Source: Heterodontus francisci
Lineage: Eukaryota
Direction: 5' to 3'
DNA: 64,000 nt
Assembly: GCF_036365525.1 (NCBI RefSeq)
Contig: NC_090378.1
Location: 24,610,457 to 24,674,456 of the forward strand
Below the pieces are notes generated by a model. That model was given only the letters and a program-made list of their open reading frames with translations, made no database searches and was not told the origin of the DNA. Both the position numbers and the translations under genes were made by a program. Shown here piece after piece: positions 11,276-22,943 of this stretch (position 1 is its first letter; every line of letters starts with the position of its first letter).

Positions 11276-12689
11276 CTCAAGTTCTGCACTACTAAACGAC
11301 TATTTCTTTGATTTCTTGCAAAGTATATCACAAGCGATTTTTCACTGAAAGATTTAATCTGAAATAAAACAGAATTGTCAGTTTGAAAAAAAAACATTCT
11401 GCTTAGTTTCAGCGTACAGATTTATCGAGGTCTGAGTGTTCAGGTTTTGGTCATGTTGAACACAAAGGTGATAATTAATAGTTTAAATGCAATTTTGCCT
11501 TCAATACACTACTCAACACCAAGCAAACCGTTACATTTCTTCCAATTTTATTCCCTCTGGTTGTGTTATGGTAGATGTAAAGGAGCACTTATATATGACA
11601 GGACAACAGAATACACAGGAAGAGGGTAATATATGGAATACACCCACACTCGTGTGTTATGAACGAGTGTTATGAAATTTGGCAAGGAGAGGTGACAATT
11701 GTACATTTGCTATCAATGGGCAAACCAAGGGTTAAACCCATTCCTATTAAAATCAAAAGGGATTTTAATTTTCTTTGCCATTAATATAATTTCCAATAGG
11801 GCCTTAGGTGTAGTGTGGTCAATAGCTGAATATGTCAATGGTTGTAAACATGTATGAAAGTAATTGTGTAAGTTTACACTACCTTGATAACTTTGATTTT
11901 TCACCTCCACTCCTCCCAGATCAAACCAGAAAGGTTTGACCACAGCTGTTGATTTATTTAAATACAAGCTGATATCCCCTATGTACTATTCATGGGTAGT
12001 CTGGGCTCTGCAGCACAGTTGGAATGGTTATGTGCCAACTTTTAAAGCACATGTATCCAAGCTTCCTGTCTTCATCGACCCTCAAAGACTAGTTATAAAG
12101 TTTAAATCAATGCTCTCATTAGCTGCTGTGTGTCTCAAGCTGCAAATACTAACTGGTCGAGGTGTTCTAATGTAGGATAAATCCAATGAGGCAACAGCAT
12201 GCATGAAATTCAAATAGAACAAACCAGTGAGTAAGAAACGTTAGCATAAATAGAACGGAGGTGGTAGATTTGAGTGCAAGGATCATCCAGGGTTGGATGT
12301 GGACCAGAAATTTGGAGAGCTCTGGTTTAAGGCCAATGTGAGAAGCAGTTTAAATAGGTTAAATATCGTCATTATCACTTCCCTAGACTGGCAGTTATTT
12401 GGCTCGTCTCCTTGTCAGCTGACTAACTCCCTCCACTTGTCTCAAGGTCAGAAACAAAGCCCAGGAAATATTTGGCCTCTTTCTGCTTTCTATTTACTTT
12501 CTTTCTTTAAAGATTATTCAATTGTGATTTGTTGGTGTTTATCCAATGTTCAGTGTCTGGAAATGTTTCAAGCACTCAAAACTTTTACGTAAACAGATTT
12601 ACTGCTTGCCTTTATCTACTAACAACTGCCAAAAGCATTTCATTGTCAGAAGTGCTATGATAAAGGTCACAAAAAAAATACAGTCAATG

Positions 12690-13180
12690 CTGGAAATAAA
12701 AATAGAAAATGCTGGAAATACTCAGGAGGTCAGGCAGCGCCTGTGGGGAGAGAAATAGAGTTGATGTTTCAAGTCAATGACCTTTCATCAGAACTTGAAA
12801 GAGATGTGACAGGTTTTAATTAAATATACAGACAGGGAAAATGGTGGGTGGGGACGGGGGAGAACAAAAGGGAAGGTCTGTGATAGGAAGGAAGGCAGGA
12901 GAGAGTAAATGATAAAAGGGATGTTGGAGCAAACAAAAATGGGACAAGAAACAAAAATTGGTGGTGATTCCGTGTTTCCCATCTATATATCTTCCAATTC
13001 TATCGCTTTTGTTCATTACTCCGTCTCCCCTTTCCCCACCTCTGTATTTGCTTAATACCTGCTACATCTCTAACTTGGTCCAATGCTGATGAAAAGTCAT
13101 CAAACCTGAAATGTTAATTTGGTTTCTCTTCCCAGATGCCATCTGACCTGCTGCGTATTTCCAGCAGTTGTTGCTTTGAT
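12690..13180. mobile_element. Tail-to-tail Penelope terminal-repeat remnant
   Basis: aaatgctggaaatactcag...cagc at left is inverted against ctgacctgctg..tatttccagca at right; degenerate ctgatga..gaaa cores. Confidence 0.7.
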
Positions 13181-13194
13181 AAACTGTTTTATAG

Positions 13195-13570
13195 GGAATC
13201 GGTGGTGTAGTGGTAATGTCACTAGATTAGTAATCCAAAGCTCAGGCTAATGTTCTGGGGACAGGGGTTCAAATCCCAACATGGCAGATGGTGAAATCTG
13301 AATTCAATTAATAAATCTGGAATTAAAAGCTAGTCTAATGGTGACCATGAAACCATTGTCGACTGTTGTAAAAATCCAACCGGCCTCACTTAGGGAGGGA
13401 AATCTGCCGTCCTTACCTGGTCTGGCCTACATGTTACTCCAGACCCACAGCAATGTGGTTGACTCTTAACAGCCCTCTGAAATGGCCAAGCAAGCCACTC
13501 AGTTCAAGGGCAATTAGGGATGGGCAATAAATGCTGGCCTTGCCAGCGATGCCCACATTCCACAAACGAA
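13195..13570 (+). mobile_element. tRNA-derived SINE (Meta-SINE-like core) with the family A LINE tail
   Basis: tggtgtagtgg and ggttcaaatccc boxes; core ggaaatctgccgtccttacctggtctggcctacatg; tail gggcaattagggatgggcaataaatgctggcc shared with family A LINE. Confidence 0.75.
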
Positions 13571-13602
13571 AGAGGCAGTATTGAACCTATTCCTTTACTT
13601 AC

Positions 13603-14360
13603 AAACTAGATTTGGTTTTCAAAATATCCTCTTCATCTTCATCGATAAAATCATCATCTTTCTCCTCTTCATCTAACTCGTCTCTGTCACCAGTTTCTTC
13701 TCCACTTTCACCGCTATCCTCCTTTTCTTCTCCACTTTCCCCGCTATCCTCCTTTTCACTCAAATCTAAGTAATATTTTCTATCTTGATCTATTCCAGGT
13801 TTCTTGTCAATCACAAACAGGTTGTTAGCCTTTGCTAATGGGCTTTTTGCTGTATCAGGAGGAATGATAGTGGGTTCAGGCGACATGGCAGGTTCAGATA
13901 TAACATTTATGCTGGACTCTTCCAACAACACATCACATTCGCTATCCCCCAAGGCTTCTTTGTTTTCATCACTGTTAACTGGTAAATTGATAACAGGTAA
14001 AGTTTGGGTTTTATGATCTAAATCTTTCTCTTTATCCTCCAGTTGACCATCATTTGTCTCTTCAACTATTTCAATCAGATTAATTTTTTGAGTTTCTGTT
14101 TCATTTGGCTCTTCCTTTTCTGTTTCTGCATTATTTTCTAGGATGGTGCTCTCCAAACACTGGTCACTTAAGACCAACTTATCACTCAGTTCTGTTGGCT
14201 GCTCTGGACAGGGCTGCGATTCAGTGTGAATGATCTGTTGCTCTTCAACAATTCCGCGTCCTTCAGGTTGAGATTCAGTAATGGTTTCTGACGGAATTTC
14301 AAATCTACTGCTCCTCGTCCTTCTTTGACTAACGGGTGTCCTTATTCTAGATTCTGCCTC
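13603..14360 (-). CDS. DNTTIP2: DNTTIP2 coding exon 2 (acidic low-complexity region, EAESRIRTP...DILKTKSS)
   Basis: tttttag| acceptor and |gtaag donor; 758 nt open frame containing ORF 13599..14177; LFVIDKKPG motif and D/E tract; ends phase 2, joining exon 3. Confidence 0.88.
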
Positions 14361-14809
14361 CTAAAAAAAAAGAAAGATACGAGTGTGTTTTTGATTTTAC
14401 AGTGAGGATGGTAGATGATTCATTATAAGCAAGCTTCAATATTAATTTTCATTGCCTTTTTTCCTGAAATTTTCCCTCCTGTCAAACATTTTTGCATCTT
14501 GCCAGAACACCATTTTGCACATAACTACTGGGGCTGAGACTTACTCCAAAGCCTGAAACTGTAAGTCCTGAAATAGTTGTTAGGTTGCAGGAGCCAAATT
14601 ATTTATCAGGAAACTGGCAGATTCTTAGTGAATGAGAAGCAGGGAGCAGAAACTAACAAACAGGTCATTCCTCTCAGAATGAAATGAACAAGAGGTAGTT
14701 TGTAGAACATATCAGAATATCAAGCCGTTTATCTAAGTAAGTAAGTAGCAAGTTATTACTTAGCCAGTAAGCCATCAGGGAATCTACACGGATCGCGATT
14801 GGTGCCTTT

Positions 14810-15525
14810 ACACATTGAACCAATGGAGCATTTGGGGAAAACAAACAAGGCAAGGGAATACACAATAAATGGTAGCATACTGAGAAGTGTAGAGAAAGAA
14901 GGACCTTGGAGTGCATTTCCACAGATCCCTGAAGGTGGCAGGACAGGTAGATATGGTGGTTATGAAGACATATGGGATCCGTTATTTATGAGCTGAGGCC
15001 GCAGCTAGAGTACTGCATACATCACATTACAGGAAGAATGTGATCACACTAGAGAGGGGAGAGAGGAGATTTATGAGAATTTTGCCAGGAATGGAGAATT
15101 TTAGTTATTAGGAAAGATTGGAATTTTTTTCTTTGGAACCAAGGAGGTTGAGGGGAGATTTAATTGAGGTGTATAAAATTATGATGGGCCTGATAAGGGA
15201 AATAGGTCGTTTCTATCCACTCTATCAGAGAGGTCAATAACCAGGGGGCACAGATTTAAAGTAACTGGCAGAAGGATTAGAGGGAAGTTGACTTTTTTTT
15301 CACCCAGAGGGAGGGGAGGGTCTGGAACTCACTGCCTGAAAGGACGGCAGAGGCAGAAACCCTGATAACACTTAAAAAATACTTGGATATGCGCGTGAAG
15401 TGTAATAACCTACAAGGTTATGGACCAAGAGCTGAAAAGTGGGATCAGGATGCAAAGCTCTTTATTGGCTGGAACAGATATGATGGGTTGAATGGCCTCC
15501 TTCTGTACCATTACGTTTCTATGTT
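14810..15525 (+). mobile_element. CR1 3' fragment
   Basis: Degenerate CR1 ORF2 end with ttcacccagagg...tggaactcactgcc and a ttctatg tail. Confidence 0.8.
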
Positions 15526-15589
15526 TAGCCTCAGGATAGACCAGTTATTGGTGTTTTATAAGCAGCAAACCACTAAAACCTCAGAAAGG

Positions 15590-16098
15590 ACCAGGTTCCA
15601 AACACATCTTCCCCTCCCCTTTCAGCATTCAGTAGAGACCGATCCCTCTATGACACCCTGGTCAATCACACCCTCCCCTTCGCATGGTACCTTTCCATGC
15701 AACTACAGGAGATACAACACCTGCCCTTTTACCTCTTCCCTTCCCACCCTCCAAGGTCCCAATCATCTCCTTCCATGTGAAACAGCGTGTTCTACATTGG
15801 GGAAGACCAAATGCTGATTGGGTGACTGCTTTGTGGTACACCTCCATGCAGTCCGCAAGTGTGCCCTAAGCTTCCAGTCACCTATCATTTTAATTCTCCA
15901 CCTTGATCTCACACTGATCTCTCTGTCCTTGACCTACTGCAGTGTTCCAATAAAGGTCAATGTAAGCTCGAGGAACAGCACTTCATCTTTTGATTAGGCA
16001 CTTACAGCCTTCCGTACTCAAGACTGAATTCAACAATTTCAAACCAGAACATCTGTCCCCATTTTGTTTCCTTTTCCTTGCATGTTTCGGCAGACCAT
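15590..16098 (+). mobile_element. Penelope GIY-YIG end fragment (continues at ~21131-21410)
   Basis: Homologous to the GIY-YIG and 3' part of the Penelope at 32733-34603. Confidence 0.7.
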
Positions 16099-19000
16099 TT
16101 TTTTTTTTATTCGTTCATGGGATATGGGTATCACTGGCTAGGCCAACATTTATTGCCCATCCATAATTACCCTTGAGAAGGTGGTGGCGAGCTGCCTTTG
16201 TGAACCACTGCAGTTCTTGGGTGTAGGTACACCCACAGTGCTATTAAGAAGGGAGTTCCAGGATTTTGACCCAGCGACAGTAAAGGAATGGCAATATAGT
16301 TCCAAGTAAGGATGGTGTGTGGCTTGGGGGGGAAACTTGCAAGTGGTGGTGTTCCCATGCATTTGCTGCCCTTGTCCTTCTAGGTGGTAGAGGTCACAGG
16401 TTTGGAAGGTGTTGTCGAAGGAGCCTTGGCGAGTTGCTGGAGTGCATAGAGTCATATATGGCACAGAAGGAGGCCATTCGTCCCATCAATGTGCTCTCCA
16501 CCGAGCTATCCTGTCATTCCCACTCTCCCACTCAATCCCTGTAACCCTGTACATCTATTTGCTTCAAGTGGTCAACCAATTTCCTTTTATTCATTGATCT
16601 CTTGTAGATGGTACACATTGCTGCCACTGTGCGTCAGTGGTGGAGGGAGTGAATGTTGAAGGTGGTGGACGGGGTGCCAATCAATTGGGCTGCTTTGTCC
16701 CGGATGGTGTCGAGCTTCTTGAATGTTGTTGGAGCTGCACCAATTCAGAGAAGTGGAGAGTATTCCATCACATTCCTGACTTGTGCCTTGCTGATGATGG
16801 ACTAGAATTGGGGAGTCAGAAGGTGAGTTACTTGCTGCAGAATTCCCAGCCTCTAACCTGCTCTCGTAACAGAGCATGGTGGGTGCGTGGAATGCACTGC
16901 CAGCGGTGGTAGTAGAAGCAGATACATTAGGGACATTTAAGCGACTCTTGGATAGGTACATGGATGATAGTAGAATGAAGGGTATGTAGGTAGTTTGATC
17001 TTAGAGTAGGTTAAAGGGTCGGCACAATATCGTGGGCCGAAGGGCCTGTACTGTGCTGTTCTTTAGGGCCTCCTTATCTCGAGAGACAATGGATACGCGC
17101 CTGGAGGTGGTCAGCGGTTTGTGAAGCAGCGCCTGGAGTGGCTATAAAGGCCAATTCTAGAGTGACAGGCTCTTCCACAGGTGCTGCAGAGAAATTTGTT
17201 TGTCGGGGCTGTTGCACAGTTGGCTCTCCCCTTGCGCCGCTGTCTTTTTTCCTGCCAACTACTAAGTCTCTTCGACTCGCCACAGTTTAACCCCGTCTTT
17301 ATGGCTGCCGGCCAGCTCTGGCGAACGCTGGCAACTGACTCCCACGACTTGTGATCAATGTCACAGGATTTCATGTCGCGTTTGCAGACGTCTTTATAGC
17401 GGAGACATGGACGGCCGGTGGGTCTGATACCAGTGGCGAGCTCGCTGTACAATGTGTCTTTGGGGATCCTGCCATCTTCCATGTGGCTCACATGGCCAAG
17501 CCATCTTAAGCGCCGCTGACTCAGTAATGTGTACAAGCTGGGGATGTTGGCCGCCTCGAGGACTTCTGTGTTGGAGATACGGTCCTGCCACCTGATGCCA
17601 AGTATTCTCCGGAGGCAGCGAAGATGGAATGAATTGAGACGTCGCTCTTGTCTGGCATACGTTGTCCAGGCCTCGCTGCCATAGAGCAAGGTACTGAGGA
17701 CACAGGCCTGATACACTCAGACTTTTGTGTTCCATGTCAGTGCGCCATTTTCCCACACTCTCTTGGCCAGTCTGGACATAGCAGTGGAAGCCTTACCCAT
17801 GCGCTTGTTGATTTCTGCATCTAGAGACAGGTTACTGGTGATAGTTGAGCCTAGGTAGGTGAACTCTTGAACCACTTCCAGAGCGTGGTCGCCAATATTG
17901 ATGGATGGAGCATTTCTGACGTCCTGCCCCATGATGTTCGTTTTCTTGAGGCTGATGGTTAGGCCAAATTCATTGCAGGCAGCCGCAAACCTGTCGATGA
18001 GACTCTGCAGGCACTCTTCAGTGTGAGATGTTAAAGCAGCATCGTCAGCAAAGAGGAGTTCCCTGATGAGGACTTTCCGTACTTTGGACTTCGCTCTTAG
18101 ACGGGCAAGGTTGAACAACCTGCCCCCTGATCTTGTGTGGAGGAAAATTCCTTCTTCAGAGGACTTGAACGCATGTGAAAGCAGCAGGGAGAAGAAAATC
18201 CCAAAAAGTGTGGGTGCGAGAACACAGCCCTGTTTCACACCACTCAGGATAGGAAAGGGCACTGATGAGGAGCCACCATGTTGAATTGTGCCTTTCATAT
18301 TGTCATGGAATGAGGTGATGACACTTAGTAGCTTTGGTGGACATCCGATCTTTTCTAGTAGTCTGAAGGCTTCGGTGAGATCAATGAAAGCAATGTAGAG
18401 GGGCATCTGTTGTTCACGGCATTTCTCCTGTATCTGACGAAGGGAGAACAGCATGTCAACGGTCGATCTGTCTGCACGAAAGCCACACTGTGCCTCAGGG
18501 TAGACGCGCTCGGCCAGCTTCTGGAGCCTGTTCAGAGCGACTCGAGCAAAGACTTTCCCCACTATGCTGAGCAGGGAGATTCCACGGTAGTTGTTGCAGT
18601 CACCGCGGTCACCTTTGTTTTTATAGAGGGTGATGATATTGGCATCGCGCATGTCCTGTGGTACTGCTCCCTCGTCCCAGCACAGGTAAAGCAGTTCATG
18701 TAGTGCTGTGAATATAGCAGGCTTGGCACTCTTGATTATTTCAGGGGTAATGCTGTCCTTCCCAGGGGCTTTTCCGCTGGCTAGAGAATCAATGGCATCA
18801 CTGAGTTCCAATTTGGTTGGATGTATGTCCAGCTCATCCATGACTGGTAGAGGCTGGGCTGCATTGAGGGCAGTCTCAGTGACAGCATTCTCCCTGGAGT
18901 ACAGTTCTAGGTAGTGCTCAACCCAGCGGTCCATTTGTTTGCGTTGGTCAGTGATTATGTCCCCTGTTTTAGATTTGAGGGGTGAGATCTTCTTGATGGT

Positions 19001-21130
19001 TGGCCCAAGAGCTCTCTTCATGCCATCATACATTCCTCTGATGTTTCCGGTGTCTGAGGCCAGCTGAATATGACTGCATAGGTGTTGCCAGTAGTCGTTT
19101 GCGCAGCGCCCGGCTGTTCTTTGTGCAGTGCTTCTGGCTGCTTTAAGTGCTGCGGATGTTAAATCGCTGGGGGCTTTCTTGTAGTTCAACAGTGCAATGT
19201 GCTTAGCGGCTATGACAGGTTCCAGCTCTTCATTATGAGATTGAGACCAGTCTGCATTTCTCTTCGCACTTTTGCCGTAGGTGGTCAAAGCTGACTCATA
19301 GATGGAGTCTCTGATGTGGGCCCACTTGGTCTCAGCATCCCCTGTGGGAGTGTTTTGAAGGGCTGTTACAAGTAAATTTAGAAATTTTTGTAACAGCTGT
19401 GGGTGAGAAATTCTGCTCGTGTTGATGCGCGGGTGGCCCTTCTGCTCGGAATGATGCAACTTCTTTGGTCTGAGTCTAACCTTGCTGCACACCAGGGAGT
19501 GGTCGGTGTCGCAGTCCGCACTGTGGAAGCTGCGTGTGATTTGAACACTGTTTAAGGCGGCTCGCCTTGTGACAATGAGGTCTAGCTGGGTCCAACGATG
19601 TGATCTTGGGTGCCTCCATGAAACCTGGTGACAGGGTTTAGTGTGAAAGAACGAGTTGGTGATGCAGAGGTTATGATAGGTACACAACTCAAGCAGTCTC
19701 TGCCCGTTCTCATTCATCCTTCCAACGCCATCGCGCCCAAGGCAGGAAGGCCATGAGTCATGGTCGGCCCCAACCCTGGCATTAAAGTCCCCCAGCAGGA
19801 ATAGGTGTTCGGGATGCTGCTAATGATGTTATGGAGTTGCTCGTAGAACTGGTCTTTAGCTTCAGGTGGGGAGCAGAGTGTTGGAGCATAGATGCTGAGT
19901 AGGTGTGCTGGACCAGAGGTGGTGAGCAGTCGGATGGACAGTATGCGTTCCGAGCCATTTGAGGGAGGCTCTATCATGCTGAGCAAGGAGTTTCTGATGG
20001 CGAAGCCCACTCCATGCTGTCTTGGTTCTTCAGGATCCCTGCCCTGCCAGAAGGTGTAGTCTTGCTCTGCTAGAGATCCACTCGCGGGGAGGCAGGTCTC
20101 CTGAAGTGCTGCAATGTCTACATTGAGTCTACTGAGCTTGTTGTTAATGATGGCGGTCTTCCGAGAATCGTTGATTTGTGTAAGGTCTTCCGACAGGCCA
20201 GGACACATAGTTCTGACGTTCCAGCTTGCAAAGCGAAGGCTGGTACCTTCTTTCCTTTATTCGTGTTGTTTGGTGCGGTGTTTCAGTGCACCTTTCGTGC
20301 AATGACCCTGAGCTCCAAGCACCCATTGAAGCAGGTAGACTGTGGCGGAACAGAACCTTATTGACCGGGGGCTGCCCGGTTTGAGGCGGGCGGTAGCTGT
20401 CCAGTGAGGTGCAATGACCTCTCCCACCGACAAAGGCAACCCGTGGCGCCCAGTTTCTACGCCAATTTATCTGGACCTTTAACCCGTAACTGCTGCCTTC
20501 CGTGTTGTTTCAGTTGCTGTGAGGCAACTATGGAGTGACCTCTCCATGGTACATGCCTGGGCAAGTTTATGGAGGTCGAGAGTTGCCCAGTCATCAAAAC
20601 CCCCCTCTCGGCCTTTCTGGTGGGGTCCAAAGGAGTGCAGGGCACGACGTTTGGCACCAGTTTGGCTGCAGGAACTGCCGGAAGCATGCCAAAGGTGACA
20701 CATGACCGCCTACGGGGTTCCGCTCCGGATTATCTGTTAGGATTTACTCCCTTAGCCTTGGTCTCTCCCGAGACACCCACAAGGCAGTGGGGTTGTTGGG
20801 GCCCCTACACTGTGCTGTACTGTTCTATGTTACCATAGCATTTATGTGGCTGGTCCAGTTCAGTTTCTAGTAAATGGTAACCCCCCCCCCCGCCCCCAGG
20901 ATGTTGATAGTGGGGGATTCAGCGATGGTGATGCCAATGAACGTCAACGGGAGATAGTTCGATTCTCTCTTGTTTGAGATGGTCATTGCCTGGCACTTAA
21001 GTGGTAAGTTACATTTGCGCCACACATCAGCCCAAGCCTGGATTTTGTGCAGGTCTTGCTGCATCTGGACACAGGCTGCTTCAGTATCTGAGGAGTTGTG
21101 AATGGTGAACATTGTGCAATCACCAGCGAG
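16099..21130 (-). mobile_element. Family A LINE 3' portion split by nested CR1 and RTE insertions
   Basis: Poly(A) tail at ~16099-16110; sequence breaks at ~16869 and resumes at ~20832; homologous to 39709-40490. Confidence 0.75.
17060..20808 (-). mobile_element. Near-full-length RTE-clade non-LTR retrotransposon (APE endonuclease + RT + C-terminal C2H2), inactivated
   Basis: ORFs 19714..20208 (EN: DIAALQET, SIYAPT), 17717..19717 (RT: GVKQGCVLAP, LLFADD), 17111..17716 (CSTCGRAC...HSRRC); 10-bp TSD actgtgctgt at 17050-17059 and 20809-20818. Confidence 0.95.
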
Positions 21131-21899
21131 CACCTGCTCTCGGCACATCTTTTGTTTCTTTTTTGCCCCATTACCACTCCCAATGACCCTGCATGACTCT
21201 CTCCCTTCTTCCACCCTTTCACAGACTGTCCCTTTTGTTTGTTCGTTCCACCCTCCCCCATATCACCTGTTAAGAAACTACTACATTTCTAACTTTTCCC
21301 ATTTATGATGAAAGGCCACAGACCTGGCATATTTTCTGTGCTTCTGTCTCCACAGATGCTGCCAGACCTGCTGAGTATTTCCAGCATTTTCTGTTTTTAT
21401 TCCAGGTTTCACGGCCTTTACTCACTAAAGAGGGAGACACATTAACAAAAGAATACTATCTGTTCAATTTCTGATCCTTGCTTTGTGGAGTGGTCTAGTG
21501 TTTGGTGGGATTGTTCATCTTGCAAGGTTTTGCACCTGTGAGTTGACAGTTGGATAATCAGATACTGTAACAGTTATTGCATTGCTAGGTAGCGAGTATA
21601 ATAATCTTTGATCTGCCCAATACAAGACACCTGGAGCACTGGGGAAGGTTCTCTTTGACCAGGTCAGGTCTCTTCTAATCTCTACCAGTCCTATTTAATC
21701 TGAATTTTTGTGTCCATACGTGTCTGCATTTTAGCTGCCACTTTGGATCGGAGTCCATTATTTCTAACCTTTTATTGTCTACCCAGGCTCTTCTCTCCTG
21801 TCATCCAGCTTTCATTCTCCTCTCTTTCAACCCCTAACTCCCAAGGGAATTATTATGCCCCCACCATCCTTGATGAGTCCACAGTTACGCTCTATGCTT

Positions 21900-22560
21900 C
21901 TCTAGGCATTCTCTGAAGTGCACAGAGGCAGGAGCAGAAAACTCAACTGCTGCACCCTCCTCTCTTTCTGACCTTTCAACCCAGCATGCAAGTTTGGGGT
22001 GGGGGCTAATCTTGGCAACCTTACACAGCTCATCCTTGGACCAATTAATCAATCACTGCACCAGCTCCACATTTCCCTCAAGAATGTTTATTCACTTGCA
22101 AACAAGATCCTTTCCATCCATGACCATATTGTGGACGATTGCACCGACATGCTGGCTTTGACTGAAACGTGGCTCAGGGATGGTAACAGTTTTGTATCAA
22201 ATCCTTCTCGGCTGACTACAGTTCCTATTACCTGCCCTGCCCATACTGCAGCAGTGTTGGTGTGGCTCTCATCACCAAGTCACACTTACTCTCTCTGCCT
22301 AATCCTCTGGCATCTTCTCCTCCTTGGAGCGTTTCCCCTTGGTTCCAGCCCTCTCACCCTTCCTTTAAAATCCTCCCCGCAAAATCCTCCGTCCTTTCCT
22401 TGCTCAGCATGGCACAACATATCCATGGTGATTTGGGTCTGTATTTCAACACCTTCCTCTAATCTCTGGTATCTATGTTCACAGCCAGTCCCTTAGCCTC
22501 GCCATCTCCCGGGGCCTCTCCACTCGCAGGGGGTCTCAGTCATCCACCAGACCATCTCCC
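21900..22560 (+). mobile_element. L2-type LINE endonuclease fragment
   Basis: NVYSLANK...DMLALTETWL motif of APE endonuclease; frameshifted. Confidence 0.7.
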
Positions 22561-22880
22561 TCAGCAACCGCTCCACGTGTCTCAGGTCCGGGGAGAGGAG
22601 TGGGGGGGTTAGGGGGAGCGACGCTTTAAATTCTCGGCCCGGCCACTCCTCACTGGCCCCTTCCCACAAACACCCCCCGCCCCACCTTTTACCTTCCCGG
22701 CCTGGGTCTGCCTGCCGCTCCGTGTCTGCACCATCCTGCAGGGCCTCCGCACAGTACTTCCGCTCGGTACTACACCAAGACCTTCCCCCAGACACTTCCG
22801 CCCGGTGTTCCCTCGAACTGGACACCACCGCCTCCGCATCGCGTCCGACTGGTACCGAGTTGAAACAAGCCGCACTGTTC
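22560..22880 (-). promoter_or_regulatory. CpG-rich DNTTIP2 promoter / 5' UTR with two ETS (CGGAAGT) motifs
   Basis: Locally high CpG density around exon 1; two acttccg on + (~22756 and ~22794), read as CGGAAGT on -, typical of housekeeping promoters. Confidence 0.6.
22693..22734 (-). CDS. DNTTIP2: DNTTIP2 coding exon 1 (MVQTRSGRQTQAGK)
   Basis: ATG in cagg-ATG-G context inside a CpG-rich segment; donor AAG|gtaaaa; 42 nt, phase 0 matches exon 2; resembles the human N-terminus MVVTRSAR. Confidence 0.75.
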
Positions 22881-22920
22881 AGTATTTCAGCCCAGGGAGG
22901 CTGGCTAGTGTTCTGGTTAA

Positions 22921-22943
22921 TATATATATATATATATATATAT
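22921..22943. repeat. (TA)n microsatellite upstream of DNTTIP2
   Basis: About 11 direct TA units. Confidence 0.9.

Noticed and set aside
13599-14177. 192-aa ORF as a standalone gene
   Set aside because: Part of DNTTIP2 exon 2; non-ATG start, and the stop lies in the splice donor
17111-20208. 666-aa RT ORF and neighbours as a host gene or novel RT system
   Set aside because: Standard RTE retrotransposon ORF broken by a frameshift and a stop, with TSD and truncated sibling copies
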